Below are positions 9,683 through 17,809 of a DNA stretch of 59,004 nt, piece by piece. The position numbers and the translations under genes are program-made. The stretch's first letter is position 1. Every line of letters starts with the position of its first letter. The notes beneath the pieces were generated by a model. The model made no database searches and had not been told where the DNA came from. It was given only the letters and a program-made list of their open reading frames with translations. The DNA is from an archaeon (GTDB lineage Archaea > Nanobdellota > Nanobdellia > Woesearchaeales > GCA-2686295): NCBI GenBank assembly GCA_043817405.1, contig JBDRGV010000036.1, forward strand, positions 1-59,004, given 5' to 3'.

Positions 9683-9728
9683 AAGTAATTTAGAAAACTT
9701 TTTTAAATGAACTGTGAATATCTGACTC

Positions 9729-9799
9729 TATGCCTCCGCAAACAAAAATCAGAAAAGATTTTTGGGCGTCGCCATTTTTTGCGGAAAAAGGCAAAATAT
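9729..9799. repeat. Copy of the tRNA-Thr 5' end (TATGCCTCCG) plus a palindromic hairpin insert with a GGGCGTCGCC core, directly upstream of tRNA-Thr
   Basis: TATGCCTCCG occurs at 9729-9738 and again at 9797-9806. Between the copies lie 58 nt with outer stem CCGCAAA/TTTGCGG, inner hairpin AAAAATC-AGAAAA-GATTTTT, and GGGCGTCGCC. This is related to the elements at 45941 and 51936. Confidence 0.6.
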
Positions 9800-9872
9800 G
9801 CCTCCGTAGCATAGTAGCTATTGCGGCAGCCTTGTAAGCTGCAGGTCGTGGGTGCAATTCTCATCGGAGGCT
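9800..9872 (+). tRNA. tRNA-Thr (anticodon UGU), with non-canonical T and D loops
   Basis: Hand fold: acceptor GCCTCCG/CGGAGGC, anticodon arm GCAGC-CTTGTAA-GCTGC, T arm GTGGG-TGCAATT-CTCAT, discriminator T. A T6 run follows. The T loop reads TGC where TTC is expected, and the D loop lacks the GG pair. Confidence 0.7.
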
Positions 9873-9873
9873 C

Positions 9874-9879
9874 TTTTTT
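9874..9879 (+). terminator. Oligo-T tract after tRNA-Thr
   Basis: TTTTTT begins 2 nt after the discriminator base. Archaeal RNA polymerase commonly terminates at oligo-T. Confidence 0.4.
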
Positions 9880-9887
9880 CTAATAAT

Positions 9888-10208
9888 TTATAATGACTTT
9901 TGTTGAGTTTTTTTATCCAATTGTTTCTCTATTTGTTTTACTCGCCTTCTTATTTTACGAACATATTTGTGTTTATCCATTTCGCTCCACAAATCATTCG
10001 CTAACTTGCTATTACCGAGAACTTCATCTATCCATCTGGCAAAATCATTTTTTTGATGATCCTCATTGACATGATAACAAAAATCTTTATCTTCGAGAAC
10101 TTCAATAGTGTTGACTAACTCATAAATATTTCTGGCTATGGTTCCGTCTGTGAACCAAAAACTCCAGTCATATCTCACATCCGTTAGAAACTTCTCAGCA
10201 TCGATCAT
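9888..10208 (-). CDS. Small conserved protein with an F-x-F...NDF(A/S)xW domain, paralog of 21756..22121
   Basis: FWFTDGTIARNIYELVNTIEVLEDKDFCYHVNEDHQKNDFARWIDEVLG aligns with FFAVHGKEAETLSDLKEALLTMSENDFKHHTHNKNDFSKWTRDILH. Confidence 0.6.
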   Translation of the reverse strand: MIDAEKFLTDVRYDWSFWFTDGTIARNIYELVNTIEVLEDKDFCYHVNEDHQKNDFARWIDEVLGNSKLANDLWSEMDKHKYVRKIRRRVKQIEKQLDKKTQQKSL

Positions 10209-10351
10209 TATTCACCTCTTTAATGCATAAAGATATTTCAATATAAAAATATTGTGAAAATTACAAAAACTATCAAAAGTTTTTGAAAATTCAAAAAATC
10301 ATGCTTTTTGAAAATACAGTATATCGTTTCCGCTATATCGAAACCGATACA

Positions 10352-10359
10352 TTTATATA
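10352..10359 (+). promoter_or_regulatory. TATA box (TTTATATA) 25 nt upstream of the PadR ATG; likely leaderless mRNA
   Basis: TTTATATA at 10352-10359, ATG at 10384. The same box and spacing recur at other first-in-operon genes. Confidence 0.5.
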
Positions 10360-10383
10360 TTATTTGTTCATAATAATTCTAAA

Positions 10384-10896
10384 ATGATGAGGGGCTACCT
10401 GAAAACACTTACTTTGAAAGCGCTAGAGGAAAGTCCTAAAACAGGTTATGCACTTGTAAAAGACATAACCGAACACACCGGAACCAAACCAAGCTTCGGC
10501 TCAATATATCCTCTTCTAGAAAATCTATTAAAATGTGGATGCGTAACTTTCAAAGAAAAAGACAAGAAAAAAACATATTCAATTACAAAACAAGGAAAAA
10601 ATGAACTTGAAGAACTTCTAAATAATAAAAATAAAATGCTTGAAAAAATGGAAGAAGGCATGAAAGTCTTTGAATCAATGTGTGATCAAGAACACTCAGA
10701 AGCTTTCAAACTTCAAAAACAAGCAATTCAGATGATGAAAGAAGGAAAAATAAGCTTTGAAGAAGGACCTCACGAAATGCACGAATTGACACATATAATT
10801 ACACAATTAATGGTTCAAGGAAAAATGAAAGAACATAAAAAAGAAATTAGTAAAATATTAAAAAGAGCAAATAGAGAATTAAGACAACTAACATGA
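10384..10896 (+). CDS. PadR-family winged-helix transcriptional regulator
   Basis: GYALVKDITEHTG..SFGSIYPLLENLLKCGCV..KKKTYSITKQGKNEL. The stop overlaps the next ATG (ATGA at 10893-10896). Confidence 0.75.
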   Translation: MMRGYLKTLTLKALEESPKTGYALVKDITEHTGTKPSFGSIYPLLENLLKCGCVTFKEKDKKKTYSITKQGKNELEELLNNKNKMLEKMEEGMKVFESMCDQEHSEAFKLQKQAIQMMKEGKISFEEGPHEMHELTHIITQLMVQGKMKEHKKEISKILKRANRELRQLT

Positions 10897-11585
10897 AACA
10901 AAAAAACGATATTATAATAGAACTAAAAGATGTGTGGAAAACCTATAAAATGGGAGACGTGGAAGTTCACGCACTAAGAGGCCTTTCACTACAGGTTCGC
11001 AAAGGAGAGTTCCTGGCCATAATGGGGCCTTCTGGAAGTGGAAAATCAACCGCCATGAATATGATTGGATGCTTAGACGTGCCAAGCAAAGGAACAATTT
11101 TTCTATCGGAAGAAAACATATCCTTAATGACAGAATCTAATTTATCACAAATTAGAGGGAAAAAAATAGGATTTATATTTCAAACATTTAATCTCTTAAA
11201 TACACTCACAGCCAAAGAAAATGTCAAGTTACCAATGACCTTTCAAGACGTTCCCGCAGAAGAAAGAGAGAGAAAAGCTTTGGAACTATTGAAACTGGTT
11301 GATCTTGACAATAGAATGGACCACACACCAAACGAGCTGAGTGGTGGACAACAACAAAGAGTTGCAATTGCAAGATCACTAGCAAATTCCCCTGAAGTAA
11401 TCCTAGCAGACGAACCAACGGGCAATCTTGATAGTGAAACAGGATTAAGAGTCATGGATTTCTTAAAAAAACTACACAAAGAAAAAGGAACAACAATAGT
11501 AATGGTAACCCATGACCGAAGAGTAGCAGAACAGGCTCAAAGAACAGAATATCTAAAAGATGGAGTAATAGTAAAACAACTATAG
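10893..11585 (+). CDS. ABC transporter ATP-binding protein (MacB/LolD type)
   Basis: Walker A GPSGSGKST, signature LSGGQQQRVAIAR, Walker B ILADEPTGNLD. Confidence 0.95.
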   Translation: MKQKNDIIIELKDVWKTYKMGDVEVHALRGLSLQVRKGEFLAIMGPSGSGKSTAMNMIGCLDVPSKGTIFLSEENISLMTESNLSQIRGKKIGFIFQTFNLLNTLTAKENVKLPMTFQDVPAEERERKALELLKLVDLDNRMDHTPNELSGGQQQRVAIARSLANSPEVILADEPTGNLDSETGLRVMDFLKKLHKEKGTTIVMVTHDRRVAEQAQRTEYLKDGVIVKQL

Positions 11586-11595
11586 GTGAATACAA

Positions 11596-12804
11596 ATGAA
11601 AAAAATATTAATTTTAGTTTTGTTCATTTTTTTAATGAACATAGTTAGCGCGGCAGATACACCGTCACTTACAACGACAATCATGAAATACGAACCACAA
11701 CCTGCAGAACCAGACCAATACATGAATGCATTCATAAAATTAGAGAATGTTGGAACCGGAACTGCAAAAAATGTTGTGTTAAAAGTGGTTCCTGAATTTC
11801 CATTCAGTCTCGACGAAGGTCAAGAAGATGAAAAATACATTGGTTCATTGAGTGGAGGCGGAAGCTTTTACATAGCTGAATTCAAATTAAAAATAAGTCC
11901 AGACGCAGTTGAAGGAACAAACAAACTAAAAGTCAGATACAACATCGATGAAAATCAGAACACCTGGGTTGAACAAGAATTAGACATCAGCATACAAACA
12001 GGAGATGCACTACTTTCAATTGAAGAAATATTAACAGAACCAACAGAGCTTGTTCCGGGAAACACTGGAAAAATAAAACTAACAGTGAAAAACCTTGCAG
12101 ATTCAACTTTGACAAATATGAAAGTGAGCCTTGATTTATCGGATGAAGACCTGCCTTTTGCACCCTACAATTCTGCAACTGAAAAAAGCATTTATCAACT
12201 AAACGCAGGACAGAGCCAAGAATTCGTATTTGATATAATCACCTATCCAAACGCTGAAGCTCAAGTATACAAAATTCCAATTGACATAACCTACAATGAT
12301 AATGTTGGAAACGAGTATGCAAAAGAAAACTTGATTGGAATCATTGTTAACAGCGAACCAGATATCAAAGTTACAATTGATAATACTGACCTGTTGAAAG
12401 GAAAAAACATTGGAACAATCACTTTGAAAATTGTAAACAAAGGTTTCAACGATGTAAAATTTCTGAACCTAAAATTAACAGAGACCGATGATTTTGAAGT
12501 CGTCTCAACTTCAAACGAAGAATACATTGGAAATTTAGATTCAGACGATTTCGAAACCGCCGAGTTTACCATATTAATCAAAAATGGTAACGAAGTTGAA
12601 ATTCCATTGGAATTAGAATACAAAGACATGAACAATAATCCCTATACAGAGAACCTAATGGTTAAGCTGAAAATATACAGCGCAGATGAACTTGGACAAA
12701 AAAGTAGTAGCGGAGCCATTTGGTTTGTAATAATTATTCTTGCTGTCGCCGGATTCTTTGTATACAAGAAATGGAAAAAGAATAAAAAGAAGAAATCTGC
12801 CTAA
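11596..12804 (+). CDS. Secreted CARDB/COG1361-like multi-domain protein with a C-terminal TM anchor
   Basis: Signal peptide ILILVLFIFLMNIVSA. CARDB-like strands LENVGTGTAKNVVLKV, VKNLADSTLTNMKVSL and IVNKGFNDVKFLNLKL. C-terminal TM followed by KKWKKNKKKKSA. Confidence 0.75.
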   Translation: MKKILILVLFIFLMNIVSAADTPSLTTTIMKYEPQPAEPDQYMNAFIKLENVGTGTAKNVVLKVVPEFPFSLDEGQEDEKYIGSLSGGGSFYIAEFKLKISPDAVEGTNKLKVRYNIDENQNTWVEQELDISIQTGDALLSIEEILTEPTELVPGNTGKIKLTVKNLADSTLTNMKVSLDLSDEDLPFAPYNSATEKSIYQLNAGQSQEFVFDIITYPNAEAQVYKIPIDITYNDNVGNEYAKENLIGIIVNSEPDIKVTIDNTDLLKGKNIGTITLKIVNKGFNDVKFLNLKLTETDDFEVVSTSNEEYIGNLDSDDFETAEFTILIKNGNEVEIPLELEYKDMNNNPYTENLMVKLKIYSADELGQKSSSGAIWFVIIILAVAGFFVYKKWKKNKKKKSA

Positions 12805-12805
12805 A

Positions 12806-14026
12806 ATGTTTTTTGATTTCCTTAGAATAGCCGTGAGGAGTCTTCGTAGAAGGGGGCTTCGATCATGGCTTACAATGGTTGGAATATTCATCGGTATAGC
12901 TACAGTTGTAGCGCTCATAAGTCTGGGCGATGGATTACAAACAGCCGTTGTTGAGGAATTTGAAAAACTAGGAACCGATAAGATATTCATAATGCCAGGA
13001 TCGAGTATGATGAGTGTTCCTGGTTCTTTAAAAAATGCTTTAACAGAATATGATGTAGATATCATAAAAAAAGTTAGAGGAGTTGATACTGCTGGCAGTA
13101 TGGTTTTCAAAGTTGCAAGAGTTGAGTTCAAAGATGAATCAGTTTACACCTATGTTATAGGACTTCCAACAAGCGGTGATGAAGCAAAAATGTTTGAGGA
13201 GATCCAAAGCTGGGTGGTTGATGAAGGAAGATTCTTTGAATCGAGCGACAAATATAACATAGTAATTGGTTCTCTTGTTGCTGAAGAAAACCAACTCTTT
13301 GAAAACAAAGCCGGTTTAAGAAACACAATCATCATTGAAGGAGTACCTTTCAAAGTCATAGGAATTCTAGAACCTGTAGGAAACCCTGACGACGATAAAT
13401 CCATTTTTATGCCTCTAAGCACCGCCAGAGAATTGTTCAATGAACCAACAAGCGCAGATTATATAATGGCCAAAGTAGCCAAAGGATATGACCCTGAAAA
13501 AGTCGCCGAAGACATAACCAGAAAACTTCGGAATGTGAAAGATGTAAATGAAGGAGAAGAAAACTTCAACGTTCAAACATCCACTCAAATGCTTGAAACA
13601 GCAGGAACAGTTCTGAGCGTGATAACAGCGGTCTTAATAGGTCTTGCAGCCATAAGCATAATCGTTGGAGGAGTGGGAATTACAAACACAATGTACACTT
13701 CTGTTCTTGAAAGAACCAAAGAAGTTGGTATAATGAAAGCAATAGGTGCAAAAAACTCCGATGTTCTGCAGATATTTTTGATAGAAGCCGGACTGCTTGG
13801 AATGGCAGGCGGAGCCATAGGAATATTGATTGGGGCAGGACTTGCAAAGATTGTAGAGATTGCAGCAACACAGACTTTAAGAGTTGAGTATATCGTTGCA
13901 AACGTATCACCACAATTAGTAATAGGAGCGCTATTATTCACATTCATTATAGGTGCGGTTGCCGGAACAACACCTGCAATACAGGCAAGCAAAATGAGCC
14001 CAGTAGATGCATTGAGAGGAAAATAA
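12806..14026 (+). CDS. MacB-type ABC permease (extracytoplasmic domain plus FtsX domain)
   Basis: The ORF-track start at 12740 overlaps the upstream gene. The ATG at 12806, 1 nt after the upstream stop, gives MFFDFLRIAVRSLRRRGLRSWLTMVGIFIG, which is colinear with the paralog at 14027. Confidence 0.85.
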   Translation: MFFDFLRIAVRSLRRRGLRSWLTMVGIFIGIATVVALISLGDGLQTAVVEEFEKLGTDKIFIMPGSSMMSVPGSLKNALTEYDVDIIKKVRGVDTAGSMVFKVARVEFKDESVYTYVIGLPTSGDEAKMFEEIQSWVVDEGRFFESSDKYNIVIGSLVAEENQLFENKAGLRNTIIIEGVPFKVIGILEPVGNPDDDKSIFMPLSTARELFNEPTSADYIMAKVAKGYDPEKVAEDITRKLRNVKDVNEGEENFNVQTSTQMLETAGTVLSVITAVLIGLAAISIIVGGVGITNTMYTSVLERTKEVGIMKAIGAKNSDVLQIFLIEAGLLGMAGGAIGILIGAGLAKIVEIAATQTLRVEYIVANVSPQLVIGALLFTFIIGAVAGTTPAIQASKMSPVDALRGK

Positions 14027-15244
14027 ATGTTAAGAGATTATTTTAAAATTGCAGTAAACAACCTCATACATAGAAAAATGAGATCATGGCTCACCATGAT
14101 TGGAATATTCATAGGAATAGCTGCAGTTGTGGCTTTAATAAGTCTGGGACAGGGTATGCAACAGGCCGTTAATGCTCAATTTGGAAAAGTAGGAGCAAAT
14201 AGGATAATGGTTTCTCCAGGAGGGGCAATTGCAGGGCCAATGTCCGAAGGACTTGCAGCAGGATTACTTTATAATGATGATGTGGAAATCATTAAAAAAG
14301 TCAAAGGAGTAGAATTTGCCACAGGCACAATCGCAGATATGCCTGAAGTAAAATTCAATGATCAAACAAAGTACATCTCTGTGATGAGTTTTGATACTGA
14401 TACTGAAACCACGCGATTCATGGAACAGTTAGGATTTTTTGAGATAGAATTTGGAAGACAAATAAAACCAGGTGCAGAAAGCGAAGCAGTGGTGGGATAC
14501 TTGGTTGCAAAAAATTCATTTGACAAAAAAATAGGTGTAGGAAATAATATTTACATTGATGGAAAAAAATTCAGCGTTATAGGTGTTCAAGCAGATGCAG
14601 GTACTGGAATGCACGATGCAATCATAAGAATTCCAAAAGCTACAGCAGAAGAATTATTTGAAAAAGAAAATCCTTCCACAATATTTGTGAAAGTCAGAGA
14701 CGGATACGAGCCTCAAGCAGTTGCAGATGACATAAGTAAAGATCTTAGAAAAGAACATGATGTAGAAGAAGGCAAAGAAGATTTTGCAGTTGAACTGGCT
14801 TCAGATGTAATCGCATCATTCAATTCAATTTTAATTGCCATTCAAATTGTAATAATTGGAATCGCAGGAATAAGCATAGTTGTAGGAGCAGTTGGAATTA
14901 CGAACACCATGTACACCTCTGTCCTCGAAAGAACCAAAGAGATTGGCATAATGAAAGCAATAGGAGCCAGAAACTCAAGCATACTGAAAATTTTCTTAAT
15001 TGAATCCGGGCTGCTGGGTTTAGTGGGTGGAGCCATCGGAATATTAATAGGTATGGGCCTTGCAAAAGCAGTTGAGATTATAGCTGCACAAGCACTCGGA
15101 ACAGACATTCTCAAAGCATACTTCCCATGGTATTTAATCGTTGGAGCACTCTTATTCAGCTTCCTAATGGGCGCACTGGCCGGAACAACACCAGCAAAAC
15201 AGGCAAGCAAGATGAATCCAACGGATGCTTTACGTTACGAATGA
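14027..15244 (+). CDS. MacB-type ABC permease, second paralog
   Basis: MLRDYFKIAVNNLIHRKMRSWLTMIGIFIG and the FtsX-domain segment TNTMYTSVLERTKEIGIMKAIGA. It starts immediately after the previous stop. Confidence 0.9.
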   Translation: MLRDYFKIAVNNLIHRKMRSWLTMIGIFIGIAAVVALISLGQGMQQAVNAQFGKVGANRIMVSPGGAIAGPMSEGLAAGLLYNDDVEIIKKVKGVEFATGTIADMPEVKFNDQTKYISVMSFDTDTETTRFMEQLGFFEIEFGRQIKPGAESEAVVGYLVAKNSFDKKIGVGNNIYIDGKKFSVIGVQADAGTGMHDAIIRIPKATAEELFEKENPSTIFVKVRDGYEPQAVADDISKDLRKEHDVEEGKEDFAVELASDVIASFNSILIAIQIVIIGIAGISIVVGAVGITNTMYTSVLERTKEIGIMKAIGARNSSILKIFLIESGLLGLVGGAIGILIGMGLAKAVEIIAAQALGTDILKAYFPWYLIVGALLFSFLMGALAGTTPAKQASKMNPTDALRYE

Positions 15245-15261
15245 AATGAGGAACTAAAGCC

Positions 15262-15279
15262 CAAAAAACTTGTTTTTTG
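15262..15279 (+). terminator. A/T hairpin CAAAAAAC-TT-GTTTTTTG after the ABC operon
   Basis: Perfect 8-bp inverted repeat ending in a T6 run, 18 nt after the stop at 15244. Confidence 0.4.
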
Positions 15280-15333
15280 ATTGCACTTCGTTATGAGTAA
15301 ACCTTTATATTCTTAGTTTGATTCCTTTTTTGA

Positions 15334-15732
15334 ATGACTGAATTAGAATTAAAAGTGTATATCAACAGTTCCAAAATGGAATTTTACACAGATCAACTCG
15401 CCATGCTAGAATTAATGCTAGATGAAGATGATTTCCCTAAACTACACATTCGAAAAGAAGAAAAACAATATCTAAAAACTTTGCCTGCTGATTACGACTT
15501 ATACATAATCCATTTATCAGATGTAAGCTTAGATGAAATAAAACGAATTAGAGAAAAACAACCCTATAGTAAAGTATTTGGAATATCCGGATCATACATT
15601 AGTGGATATTTGTGTGAATATGATGCGCCACGCTTTTCGCTTAAAGATATTTGTGATGATGGTGATAATTATCTGAATTTCAAAAAAGTAAAAAGATTAA
15701 TCAAAGATTCATGGGTTACTAAAACAGAGTAA
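15334..15732 (+). CDS. Hypothetical protein
   Basis: ORF track. TTTATATT at 15304-15311 lies 23 nt upstream of the ATG. I recognise no motif. Confidence 0.55.
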   Translation: MTELELKVYINSSKMEFYTDQLAMLELMLDEDDFPKLHIRKEEKQYLKTLPADYDLYIIHLSDVSLDEIKRIREKQPYSKVFGISGSYISGYLCEYDAPRFSLKDICDDGDNYLNFKKVKRLIKDSWVTKTE

Positions 15733-15820
15733 ATATTAAATACTAATCAATTCTAAGAATATAGATGAAGCAACAAAAATCGAAGAATTTTGTGATCCAT
15801 AAAATCATCGAGGTGATTTT

Positions 15821-16441
15821 ATGAAGAAAGAATTCAGCAAAAATAATATGTTTAGTTATAATCTTACTAAGAAAAGATTTTTTTTACTCATAGTGACCAT
15901 TATTCTAATTGCTTTAGCAGCGTTTGTCGTAGTTTACCTTACAGTCTTACGAGAATCAGATTTCATTGTCATAACGATTTTGAAAGCTTTTTTCAATCAC
16001 ATTATTCTAAATATTAAAAGCGGTGGACTTCTTGGAGCGTTCTATACTTCTTTGTTTGGGGGTTTGTTCTTTGTTTTCATGCCAATGGAAGTCGCATTCA
16101 TTGCATTTATCAAATCAGGAAGTTATCCTGCTTTAGTCATAGCGCTCTACGTTTTAGGAATGTTTTTTTCGTTCACAATCAACTATTACATCGGAATGAA
16201 GCTCACAGATATTTCCAAGAAAATTATTACTCCAAGGAAGTTTTACAAGATAAAAACAGTCATAAATAAATACGGGGCGTTGGCAATCTTTGTTTTCAAT
16301 GTCCTGCCATTGCCTGCCCAGCCACTTTCAGCTATACTGGGAGTTTTCAAATATAACAAAGCAAGATTCTACTTTTTTTTCATTTTAGGACAAACTATAA
16401 AATATACATTCATCACAATTGGATATTTTTATATAATATAA
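15821..16441 (+). CDS. DedA/YqaA-like (VTT domain) membrane protein
   Basis: Multi-TM protein with a YGALAIFVFNVLPLPAQPLSAILGVFKYNKARF segment resembling VTT-domain proteins. GAGGTGA lies upstream of the ATG. Confidence 0.55.
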   Translation: MKKEFSKNNMFSYNLTKKRFFLLIVTIILIALAAFVVVYLTVLRESDFIVITILKAFFNHIILNIKSGGLLGAFYTSLFGGLFFVFMPMEVAFIAFIKSGSYPALVIALYVLGMFFSFTINYYIGMKLTDISKKIITPRKFYKIKTVINKYGALAIFVFNVLPLPAQPLSAILGVFKYNKARFYFFFILGQTIKYTFITIGYFYII

Positions 16442-16467
16442 GTGATTAATCAAAGGAAGGTGTTAAA

Positions 16468-16926
16468 ATGTTAACCAAAAGAACAAAAATATTATCGAGC
16501 AAAATTACGAATCAGACTATTCTTGTAGGAGCACGTTCGTTTCTTGGAAGAAAAGTTTTTTCAAAATCAGGGAACAAAGTTGGAAGAGTGAAAGACTTAA
16601 TTCTGAAAAAAGATAAACTTGTCGGATTCCTTGTAAAAGGAAAAAAGAAAATATTCATTGATATGGAATACGTTGCTTCAGACTCAGAAAAAGCAATCAT
16701 GCTATCAACGGATCCCGTGATTGATTTTATTGGAAAACAGGTGTTTGACTCTGAAGGTAAGAAAATTGGTAAAGTCACAGATTTAGATAGAAAAACAAAT
16801 GCAAATAACTTTAATGCATTAATTGTAAAACACAAATTTTATTCACGACCAATAATCATTCCTAAGAAAGATGTTGATGTTTCACAGGAAAACATTATAC
16901 TGAATAAAAAGTTTGAGAAAAAATGA
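16468..16926 (+). CDS. PRC-barrel domain protein (two modules)
   Basis: GRKVFSKSGNKVGRVKDLIL and GKQVFDSEGKKIGKVTDLD match the PRC-barrel G-x-x-V-x-x-x-G-x-x-x-G-x-V-x-D pattern. Confidence 0.7.
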   Translation: MLTKRTKILSSKITNQTILVGARSFLGRKVFSKSGNKVGRVKDLILKKDKLVGFLVKGKKKIFIDMEYVASDSEKAIMLSTDPVIDFIGKQVFDSEGKKIGKVTDLDRKTNANNFNALIVKHKFYSRPIIIPKKDVDVSQENIILNKKFEKK

Positions 16927-16978
16927 TACATAAAAAATTGAGAATTTTTGATGAACATAAATTCAGAAAGGTGAATTT

Positions 16979-17416
16979 ATGACTGATATAATAACAACCG
17001 ATGATATTCTTGGAAAGGAAGCCGTTGATCCTACTGGTCAAGTTCTTGGAACAGTTGTAAAGCTTCATGTCAATAAATTAACAAAAGAAATTGTGGGCTT
17101 GACAATAGACTTAGGATTTATGAAACCAGATTTGTTTGTCGGAACAGAGTTCATCAAACAATTTGGAGTTGACGCAATTCTTTTGAGTAGAGTTCCAACT
17201 GATAAACTCAAAGGATTAGATGTTTTAACATTCGAAGGTCAAGAGATTGGAACAGTAAACAAAGTCATACTTTTCAGAACCAACATCAAAGAGATCATAG
17301 TGACTTCAAAAGAAGGATTCTTTACAAAAGAGCACATCCACATTGCTGCCAACCAGATTGATAAAATTGGCGGAAGCATTATTCTAAAGAAAGGATACAA
17401 GTTGAAGAAGTACTAA
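16979..17416 (+). CDS. PRC-barrel domain protein (two modules)
   Basis: ILGKEAVDPTGQVLGTVVKLHV and GLDVLTFEGQEIGTVNKVIL. Confidence 0.7.
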   Translation: MTDIITTDDILGKEAVDPTGQVLGTVVKLHVNKLTKEIVGLTIDLGFMKPDLFVGTEFIKQFGVDAILLSRVPTDKLKGLDVLTFEGQEIGTVNKVILFRTNIKEIIVTSKEGFFTKEHIHIAANQIDKIGGSIILKKGYKLKKY

Positions 17417-17458
17417 TTGCACTATATCTTTATATAACTATCTTCATTTCCATTCTTT

Positions 17459-17773
17459 ATGGCAAAGGAAAAAGAAGGATTTTTTAGTGGCTTCCTGAAA
17501 AAAGATTTACTACCATTATTTTCAAACTATGTAAAAAGAGTTTTAGATTCTGAAATCAAGGGTTTTAAACAAGCCATTGAAAGAAAAATCGATTTCAAAA
17601 TGAAAAAAATGCATTTGACAATGATGATGTACGCTGGAGCAACCATTTTAATGGTTGGTTTTGCCATGTTCATAGAAAATTTAGTTTCATTTCCAAGGGG
17701 TTCGGGGTTTATTATTGTTGGTGCAATAGTCCTGTTGGCTGCTTTTATTATCAGATCATTGATCAGAGAATAG
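17459..17773 (+). CDS. Small membrane protein (two TM helices)
   Basis: ORF track. TTTATATA at 17429-17436 lies 23 nt upstream of the ATG. Hydrophobic segments MMMYAGATILMVGFAMFI and GFIIVGAIVLLAAFII. Confidence 0.55.
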   Translation: MAKEKEGFFSGFLKKDLLPLFSNYVKRVLDSEIKGFKQAIERKIDFKMKKMHLTMMMYAGATILMVGFAMFIENLVSFPRGSGFIIVGAIVLLAAFIIRSLIRE

Positions 17774-17809
17774 AAAACTATTTAAAATTACTAACTAATT
17801 TTTCTTATA

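Noticed and set aside
10270-10350. Candidate PadR operator: partial inverted repeat GTATATCGTTTCCG...CGAAACCGATAC, plus two TTTTTGAAAA motifs upstream of the PadR gene
   Set aside because: The symmetry is imperfect and such A/T strings are common in this sequence. It is noted but not strong enough to annotate.
12740-12805. The N-terminal extension of the first MacB permease given by the ORF track (start 12740)
   Set aside because: It overlaps the upstream gene by 65 nt in another frame. The ATG at 12806 gives an N-terminus colinear with the paralog at 14027.
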